From NCBI GenBank assembly GCA_015060115.1, contig SUZB01000009.1:13260-77259 (forward strand): a stretch of 64,000 bases of DNA, given 5' to 3'. This document shows positions 57,957-64,000 of this stretch, one piece after another. The notes below the pieces were generated by a model. That model had not been told where the DNA came from. It saw nothing but the letters and a program-made list of their open reading frames with translations, and ran no database searches. A program made the translations under genes and the position numbers. Within the stretch, counting starts at the first letter, position 1. Each line of letters begins with the position of its first letter. The stretch is from Rikenellaceae bacterium (GTDB lineage Bacteria; Bacteroidota; Bacteroidia; Bacteroidales; Rikenellaceae).

Positions 57957-58040
57957 AAAATACCGAGGGACTGTAACATTACAACCCTCGGTATTTTACC
58001 TTTTGGATAGACCGCAGATGCGGCTTTATCACAAGAAATT
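57957..58040 (-). terminator. rpsT terminator plus stop-adjacent D arm
   Basis: AAAATACCGAGGG...CCCTCGGTATTTT; TAATTTCTTGTGATAAAGCCGCATC begins at the stop codon. Confidence 0.8.
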
Positions 58041-58290
58041 AAAGTGCATTTACATGCAAAGCCAATGAGCTCTTCAAGTTAGCAGCCTTGTTCTTGTGGA
58101 TAATATTGGTCTTAGCCAACTTGTCCAACATTGAGCTTACCTTGGGAAGCAATGCCTCAGCAGCTGCACGCTCAGTGGTGTTACGCAATGCCTTTACAGC
58201 GTTACGAGCAGTCTTGTGATAAAGACGGTTGTGCGCACGCTTGGTAATGGTCTGACGAATTCTCTTCTTCGATGACTTGTGATTTGCCAT
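58039..58290 (-). CDS. rpsT: 30S ribosomal protein S20
   Basis: [13 protein letters not shown]...[20 protein letters not shown]. Confidence 0.98.
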   Translation of the reverse strand: MANHKSSKKRIRQTITKRAHNRLYHKTARNAVKALRNTTERAAAEALLPKVSSMLDKLAKTNIIHKNKAANLKSSLALHVNAL

Positions 58291-58607
58291 AGTTCTAAAT
58301 CTTTTTTTTATTTTTACTTTTAAATAATTCTGTGTTTCCCGGCTTTTCAGATTCTCCGACCTTGGTAACAGCCCCTACATCGACATTTTTAAGTAGGTTA
58401 GCACTTATTACCTATGTGGTCCTCTCCTCCTATTTTTGACCACTGCGACAATCACCTTCACGAGGCATATCGCTTATCGGCATCTGAACACTGCCCTGCC
58501 GGGCGGCAACTTTTTTGACAGCCGTAGCTGCTTTCGGATAGGCGTAAAGCCCGCTCCTAAAATCTTCCAAACCGCACGCACCATACCGAAATATGACGCG
58601 CCAAGTG

Positions 58608-58679
58608 CAGCCCGTAGGAGAGTCGAACTCCTCTTTCAAGAATGAAAATCTTGCGTCCTAACCGATAGACGAACGGGCC
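58608..58679 (-). tRNA. tRNA-Glu(TTC)
   Basis: GGCCCGT/ACGGGCT acceptor stem, CAAGA-TTTTCAT-TCTTG anticodon arm, AGGAG-TTCGACT-CTCCT T-arm. Confidence 0.96.
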
Positions 58680-58789
58680 AAACCACTAACACTCACTAAA
58701 AGTGAGCGAATTAGCGGTGCGAAGGTACGCAAAATTTTCTATATAGCAAAATGTTTTTCGAAAGTTTTGCAAAAACTCGGTAAAAAAAC

Positions 58790-59548
58790 TTATTTACAGA
58801 GCTTTATCGACTGTGTAGCAGCATCAAACGAGACATATTCGCTATCGAAAAGTCGCTCGATATTGCCCGAAGCAATCATCTCAGCAGTAGGCAGATGGTG
58901 AAGCACAGGCGTATCCACCAAGGCGATAGAGTCGGCAAGCGAGAGTGCGATATCCAACTCGTGTGTCGAGAATATTATGCACTTACCCTCATCGTGCGCC
59001 AAGCGACTAAGGAGCGTGCAAAGCTCATAGCGGTTAGGCAGGTCGAGAAAGGCGGTAGGCTCATCGAGCAAGATAATAGGCGTATCCTGCGCCAAGGCAC
59101 GGGCAATCATCACACGCTGACACTCGCCATCGGACAATGTAGCGACCATACGCCGAGACATATTTTCGACACCCGCAATCTGCATAGAACGCTCTATAAC
59201 GCGCTCATCATCAGCCCTAAGACGACCCATCCAGTCGGTATATGGAGAGCGACCAACAGCCACCAAGTCATAAACCGTAAGTGCCTCAACATCTATGCGT
59301 TCTGTATTCACGAAGGCGACACGGCGGGCAAGCTCAACGCTCGATAGCGTAGATATTTCGTGGCCATCAACCACAACCTCGCCTCCCTGCACCTTCCCCA
59401 AGGCGGCAATAGCACGCAGCAGCGTACTCTTGCCTGTGCCGTTACGACCAAGGAGAGCCGTCATAGTGCCACAGGCAAAGCGTGCCGAGGCATTGCTAAT
59501 AAGCGTGCGCTCAGCAAACGAAAGGCATATATCACGAAGCTCTATCAT
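58790..59548 (-). CDS. ABC transporter ATPase (FepC/BtuD-like)
   Basis: GRNGTGKST, LSDGECQR, LLDEPT, STHELD motifs. Confidence 0.93.
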   Translation of the reverse strand: MIELRDICLSFAERTLISNASARFACGTMTALLGRNGTGKSTLLRAIAALGKVQGGEVVVDGHEISTLSSVELARRVAFVNTERIDVEALTVYDLVAVGRSPYTDWMGRLRADDERVIERSMQIAGVENMSRRMVATLSDGECQRVMIARALAQDTPIILLDEPTAFLDLPNRYELCTLLSRLAHDEGKCIIFSTHELDIALSLADSIALVDTPVLHHLPTAEMIASGNIERLFDSEYVSFDAATQSIKLCK

Positions 59549-60570
59549 TGGCAGTTACGGTTACGCAGTACAACAATAATTATAATCGGAATACCCAGCA
59601 ACGAGGTGATAGTGTTGATAGGCAACATCACACCTCCACGCGCTACAATATCGCAAGCCACACAGCATATAAGCATCGACACAGCACCCCACAACATAGA
59701 GGCGGGCATCAACACACGGTGGTCAGCCGTGCGGAAGGTCATACGCGCAAGATGAGGTATAGCGAGGCCGATAAAGCCGATAGGACCACAAAATGCCGTT
59801 ACGCTACCGGCAAGGAGCGTAGTCGAAAGGAAGATAACGACCCTCGAACGCGCCACACGCAAGCCCATAGTACGGGCATAGCTCTCGCCCAAGAGCAACA
59901 TATTGAGAGACTTAATGGCGACAATGGCAAGCAGAAGACCGATAACAACGGCGGGGAGCATAACGCTCAAATCATCGACCGTTACGGTCGAAAGCGAGCC
60001 CATAGTCCACACCACAAAGGCCTTTAACGACTCCTCGGTGCCGAGATACTGCAAGATGCCGACAACAGAGCTAATAGCCGAGCCGAGCATCATACCGAGG
60101 ATAAGTATCACATTGATATTCTTTATCCTACGCGACAGAAACATTACAAGAACGAGGATAACAGCCGAGCCTATCCACGCCATACCCGTAAGGCCAAGGC
60201 GCATAAATACCGAGCCAGACAGAGCACCGACAACAGGTGCAGCAAGCGTGAAGAGAGCCACGCCAAGGCTTGCGCCAGAGTTGATACCAAGGACATAAGG
60301 GCCAGCGAGGGGGTTGCGGAAGAGGGTCTGCATCTCTAAACCACTTGCCGCCAACGCCATACCAGCAGCTATAGCAACAACGACCTTCGGCAGACGCAGT
60401 TCGCAGACGATAGTGCGATACTCATCCGTAGTAGCGCCACCCACAAGCGCTGCCCAAACATCGCTAAGGGCGATATCCGTAGTGCCAATAGCGAGGTCGC
60501 CAATGGCCAGGGCCACCAGCGCTATCGAGAGTAGGACAAAGAGTATATTTTGTGAACGGCTATTCATCAT
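59545..60570 (-). CDS. FecCD/BtuC family ABC permease
   Basis: LRLPK, QTLFRNPLAGPYVLGINSGA, LGESYARTMG and GPIGFIGL motifs. Confidence 0.93.
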   Translation of the reverse strand: MMNSRSQNILFVLLSIALVALAIGDLAIGTTDIALSDVWAALVGGATTDEYRTIVCELRLPKVVVAIAAGMALAASGLEMQTLFRNPLAGPYVLGINSGASLGVALFTLAAPVVGALSGSVFMRLGLTGMAWIGSAVILVLVMFLSRRIKNINVILILGMMLGSAISSVVGILQYLGTEESLKAFVVWTMGSLSTVTVDDLSVMLPAVVIGLLLAIVAIKSLNMLLLGESYARTMGLRVARSRVVIFLSTTLLAGSVTAFCGPIGFIGLAIPHLARMTFRTADHRVLMPASMLWGAVSMLICCVACDIVARGGVMLPINTITSLLGIPIIIIVVLRNRNCQ

Positions 60571-60574
60571 ATTT

Positions 60575-61705
60575 CTACCTTAGGCGATGGTGATAGTAGA
60601 GGTTATCATCTTCGCCATGCACAATCTTAACCATATCTTCAAGCACAACATCCGGGCGCACAATGGCCGACTCCCAAAAGTCGCTACCACCCGCCAAGGT
60701 ACGGCGGGCGTTGTTGTTGTAGACATCGCCACGCTCCACAACAGCACTGCGAGCAAAGTGGGGTGCCGACTGCCTTAGCTCGTCAAGTGTGCTACACTGT
60801 CCGACATTTAGCCAAAGGTCGGCCTTAGAAACAAGCATATAGGCCTCCTCAAGGCTGATACCCACCGAGCCGGCTGTTTTATTACAACCTTTATATATAT
60901 AGGTGCCACCGGCATCCTCCAAGAGATGCACCATATAGCTATCGTCAGAGGGCATATACCACACCTCTTGGTAGGGCGTGTTAAACATCACCTTGGGGCT
61001 ATTCGCAGAGCGCACCACCCCATCGCGTACAGCATTGTAGCGCTCTACAATCTCCGAGAACATCTGCTCACCCTGCGTGCGGCAACCCATAATCTCGGCT
61101 ACGGCAACCAACCACTCAGCCTTGCCAAGTGGCGACTGCTCGGTATAGTCGCCAAGGTAGAGATAGGGCAAATGCAACTCGCGCAACTTGGCAGTAAGAG
61201 CGGTATTCTCGGCACTTACGCCATAGAGCAACACCACATCGGGGCGCAAAACAACCAATGCCTCATAGTCCAACGAGCTGTCGTAGCCAACATCCTTAAC
61301 CTTAGGGTTGCCCGCAATAGCCTCCGACATAATATATTGCTTGCCCGAGACACCCACGATACTCTCCGACCTGCCCAGTAGCTCGATCATCGCTATATGG
61401 CTTGTCGACATACAAACCACGCGCTCAGCCCGACCTACAATATATTGACCATCGTAGCCCTCGGCACTCGCCTTATCCGAGAATATCGCCAACGACTGCT
61501 CCACGACAGCATCACCCTGCCAAGGGCGCGACACCCGAATAAGGCTATTTGAGGCATCATCGCCCAATATTTCGTAGCCCAAAGCGTAGCTCGGTGCATA
61601 AACCGAATGGTCGAACGAAACTTTTGCCGACCCTTCTCTTCCCGTGCAACTCGCACATAACGAGCCAATTAACACAACAAGAGCTATCTTGACACTGAAT
61701 TTCAT
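60575..61705 (-). CDS. Iron-siderophore/cobalamin ABC substrate-binding lipoprotein (BtuF-like)
   Basis: Lipobox CASC; ERVVCMSTSH, QSPLGKAEW and FWESAIVRPD motifs. Confidence 0.9.
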   Translation of the reverse strand: MKFSVKIALVVLIGSLCASCTGREGSAKVSFDHSVYAPSYALGYEILGDDASNSLIRVSRPWQGDAVVEQSLAIFSDKASAEGYDGQYIVGRAERVVCMSTSHIAMIELLGRSESIVGVSGKQYIMSEAIAGNPKVKDVGYDSSLDYEALVVLRPDVVLLYGVSAENTALTAKLRELHLPYLYLGDYTEQSPLGKAEWLVAVAEIMGCRTQGEQMFSEIVERYNAVRDGVVRSANSPKVMFNTPYQEVWYMPSDDSYMVHLLEDAGGTYIYKGCNKTAGSVGISLEEAYMLVSKADLWLNVGQCSTLDELRQSAPHFARSAVVERGDVYNNNARRTLAGGSDFWESAIVRPDVVLEDMVKIVHGEDDNLYYHHRLR

Positions 61706-61785
61706 ACCTCAAAGGTACATTTTTTTTGCGATAAATTTGCACAATTCAAAAAAAAGTTATTATCTTTGCACTCGCAAAACCAGTT

Positions 61786-61860
61786 CGGGATGTAGCTCAG
61801 CCCGGTTAGAGTACACGTCTGGGGGGCGTGTTGTCGCAAGTTCGAATCTTGTCATCCCGA
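61786..61860 (+). tRNA. tRNA-Pro(GGG)
   Basis: CGGGATG/CATCCCG acceptor stem, CACGT-CTGGGGG-GCGTG anticodon arm, TTCGAAT T-loop; promoter TATCTTTG at 61761. Confidence 0.95.
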
Positions 61861-62083
61861 CAAAGCTGAGTAAGCCAAGGTCCTCAATCAAAAGATTGAG
61901 GACTTTTTGTTTGTTATACGCACTGATGCTTGCATCAAAGGGTGTATGGCAAACAGAAAGTAGTCGCTTGCGACAAGTGCCTTGGCGACGAAAGCTTTGT
62001 GCAGGCCATTAAGGGAGCGTCCAAGATGGGCGTTAAGCGGAGCAGACTTCGGTCTGCGTAGTAGCCAATCTTGTCATCCCGAC
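61845..62083. mobile_element. Miniature or relic tRNA-targeted insertion bounded by a 17-bp direct repeat of the tRNA-Pro 3' end
   Basis: AATCTTGTCATCCCGAC at 61845-61861 and 62067-62083. Confidence 0.6.
61880..61908 (+). terminator. Intrinsic terminator after tRNA-Pro
   Basis: GTCCTCAATC-AAAA-GATTGAGGAC-TTTTT. Confidence 0.85.
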
Positions 62084-62097
62084 CAATTTGAGTAGGT

Positions 62098-62129
62098 GGA
62101 GATGACTAAAAAGCAAATTAGTCATCTCC
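62098..62129. terminator. Bidirectional terminator-like hairpin, family G copy 3
   Basis: GGAGATGACTAA-N8-TTAGTCATCTCC. Confidence 0.75.
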
Positions 62130-62187
62130 TTTAGTTTAAGTCATTGATTTATCCGTTAGGTGCAAGCACCCACAACAGCCTTTCTTT

Positions 62188-63399
62188 CTATTGTGTTACT
62201 CTTTGTGCCCAAGCTGTGGCGCGCCAAGCCTTGGCAGTTTCGGGACAGTCGGTCTCTTGGAGAATATAGCACGACAAGCCCGAGTAGTGTTCAATAGGAA
62301 TATAGGCATCATCAGTACCTGTTACGGTAAAGAAGGTATCGGTGTTGCCCGAGTAGACCACAACATCCGAAAGAGTCTTATTGAAATTCTCCAATGTAGC
62401 ACCCGATGCAACACTCTCGACATAATCACCCAAGTCGAAATATAGATGATAGCTAAAATTGTCGTAGGGCTGAATCATACCAACATCAACAGCCTTAGCC
62501 TCATTATATACCGCCTTCATTGCATCGGCAAGGGCATCTATCTTGCTACAATCAATAAGTGCAATTGTGCCTGACGAGTCGCGATAATACTCCATATAGG
62601 CTTCACAGACCTCTTTTAGCTTATGGTCGGTGCGCTCAAAGAGCATAGGCAAGAAATCTTCATAAGGGAAGCCTGCGCCCAAAATCTCTGTTGGCGAGGC
62701 AACAACATAGTCCGCCAAGTTGCGTATATCGTATAGACACTCTATATTTGCCATCATACAGGCATCGAAGATAATATAGCGGAAATGGGTGCTGCCAAGC
62801 GCCTCCACCAACTCAGGAATCTCCATACAATCTGCATCATCCTGACCATAGAACAGAGGCTCGGCAACAGGCTCCGAGGCACGGCTACCCTCACCCAAGA
62901 GGTAGACATCATAGAGGTCGGCAGGGACCCAACCGCCACCATGCGACGACATAATAAGGCCGTAGCTATCGGCAGGCGCCTCCTCCTTCATTCGCTCGAC
63001 TACACCTCGCAAAAAATCCTTATCCACCGTAGAGGTCGATGTAGGGTACTCCTCGATAAGGCGCTGCTTAGCCATACCATCGTCGAGGTACAGCTCCGTA
63101 AGGCGAGTATAGTTGCCGCGGTCATAAAACAGAAGGATACGGCCAATGTCAGTGGGGACATCGTAGTAAGCTGTGATGATACGCTGCATGTTGGAGTCCA
63201 AAAACTCGGCAAGACCATTGTTTCCCTGCATAATAATCATTAGCGTATGGCTCTCGGTCAGAGGCCCAGGAACAGGTTGCTCTTTACCATTGTCAGGGTT
63301 GGGGGTCTCGTGAGGCTTCTCATTCTCACATGCTACAATAGCAAACGAAAGCGCTACAAACAACAAAGTAAAAAGGGTACTCTTTTTCACCATATTCAT
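62188..63399 (-). CDS. Clostripain-family (C11) cysteine peptidase lipoprotein
   Basis: Lipobox IVAC; SSHGGGW (His), IFDACMMA (Cys), VASPTEI and YFDLGDY motifs. Start is 63399 or 63393. Confidence 0.88.
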   Translation of the reverse strand: MNMVKKSTLFTLLFVALSFAIVACENEKPHETPNPDNGKEQPVPGPLTESHTLMIIMQGNNGLAEFLDSNMQRIITAYYDVPTDIGRILLFYDRGNYTRLTELYLDDGMAKQRLIEEYPTSTSTVDKDFLRGVVERMKEEAPADSYGLIMSSHGGGWVPADLYDVYLLGEGSRASEPVAEPLFYGQDDADCMEIPELVEALGSTHFRYIIFDACMMANIECLYDIRNLADYVVASPTEILGAGFPYEDFLPMLFERTDHKLKEVCEAYMEYYRDSSGTIALIDCSKIDALADAMKAVYNEAKAVDVGMIQPYDNFSYHLYFDLGDYVESVASGATLENFNKTLSDVVVYSGNTDTFFTVTGTDDAYIPIEHYSGLSCYILQETDCPETAKAWRATAWAQRVTQ

Positions 63400-63750
63400 A
63401 ATAATATAAGATTAGCAATTAGTCTCATTAGACATCTATCGACCACAAAAGTAAAAAAAAATTTCATCTATCCATAGAGTTTTACAAAAAAACTATTTAT
63501 TAAATATTTATAGCAAATAATTAAAAATATTTTTTATTTATATTTTTTGCATTTATATTTGGAAATTATTCTTTTTTATTATACTTTTGGTCGTCAAAAA
63601 GATGTGTTAGGAGTTGCTGTGAGTCCGTTTTCATCAATAAAAATAGCAATATTTTTAAGGCGCGATGCACACCTCTAAAAATTAACCAGCTGAAAGACAA
63701 TACAGAAAACAGATAACCAAATAAAGTAAAAGCCTATGAGAATACAAAAA

Positions 63751-64000
63751 ATGATGAAAGCACTATTTGCTGCTTTTCTGGTTGTGGCAACCATCGCATG
63801 CGAGAAAGAGCCCACCAACAAACCCAACGAGCAGGAGAAAGAGCCTACGCTATCGGTTGAGATTAGCGAGGTATCGGCCACATCGTTTAGCTTTATAATA
63901 GAGGCGACAGATGCCCAGAACATAAAGTACCTCGTAACGGAGGGTAGCGTTGCTCCCGATGCTGAGGAGGTGATCGCCGAGGGTACAACTACTGAGGCGG
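63751..64000 (+). CDS. 5' part of a lipoprotein with an Fn3-like first domain; runs off the window
   Basis: My translation: MMKALFAAFLVVATIAC-EKEPTNKP...LSVEISEVSATSFSFIIEATDAQNIKYLV; no stop before base 64000; TATACTTTTG-type promoter upstream near 63580. Confidence 0.75.
   Translation, partial: MMKALFAAFLVVATIACEKEPTNKPNEQEKEPTLSVEISEVSATSFSFIIEATDAQNIKYLVTEGSVAPDAEEVIAEGTTTEA

Noticed and set aside
61706-61785. Cobalamin riboswitch or Fur box upstream of the ABC importer
   Set aside because: Only 80 bp containing two divergent promoters; no B12-box or Fur-like 19-bp palindrome is visible.
1-64000. Prophage, integrase, transposase, reverse transcriptase or defence system
   Set aside because: No ORF in the window shows motifs for these; any enzyme acting on the repeat families must be encoded elsewhere.

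Overview
A 64 kb chromosomal window from a Bacteroidales bacterium, probably Rikenellaceae/Alistipes-like. This is inferred from TAnnTTTG -7 promoters, AT-rich SD-less leaders, SusC/SusD genes, a DUF4988-type lipoprotein and a UbiD-type decarboxylase. Coding content: housekeeping genes (Na/Pi symporter, YccA, acyl-CoA ligase, recF, pssA, manC, lon, rpsU, rpsT); three tRNAs (Arg-CCT, Glu-TTC, Pro-GGG); an operon of hydrolase, membrane-anchored MurF, Ddl, radical SAM and DUF3127; an alpha-glucan utilisation locus (MFS, SusC, SusD, SusE/F-like, GH53, four GH13) facing a LytS/LytTR pair; an isolated wza-wzc-HAD unit; an iron/cobalamin-type ABC importer; and several surface lipoproteins. No CRISPR array, transposase, integrase or phage gene was seen. 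The most unusual content is non-coding. Intergenic spacers are built from a reusable set of hairpin modules, including a ~128-bp inverted-repeat element that co-varies between copies and sits on the TAA stop codon of six genes, plus hairpins with 8-9-nt periodic arms around a conserved core and heptamer arrays. Other points of interest are a lumazine-synthase homologue lacking its catalytic motifs, a regulator split by a single-base shift in an A7 run, a GH53 inside a starch-type locus, and a 205-bp insert bounded by a duplicated tRNA-Pro 3' end. All family assignments come from motif recognition by eye; no database searches were run.
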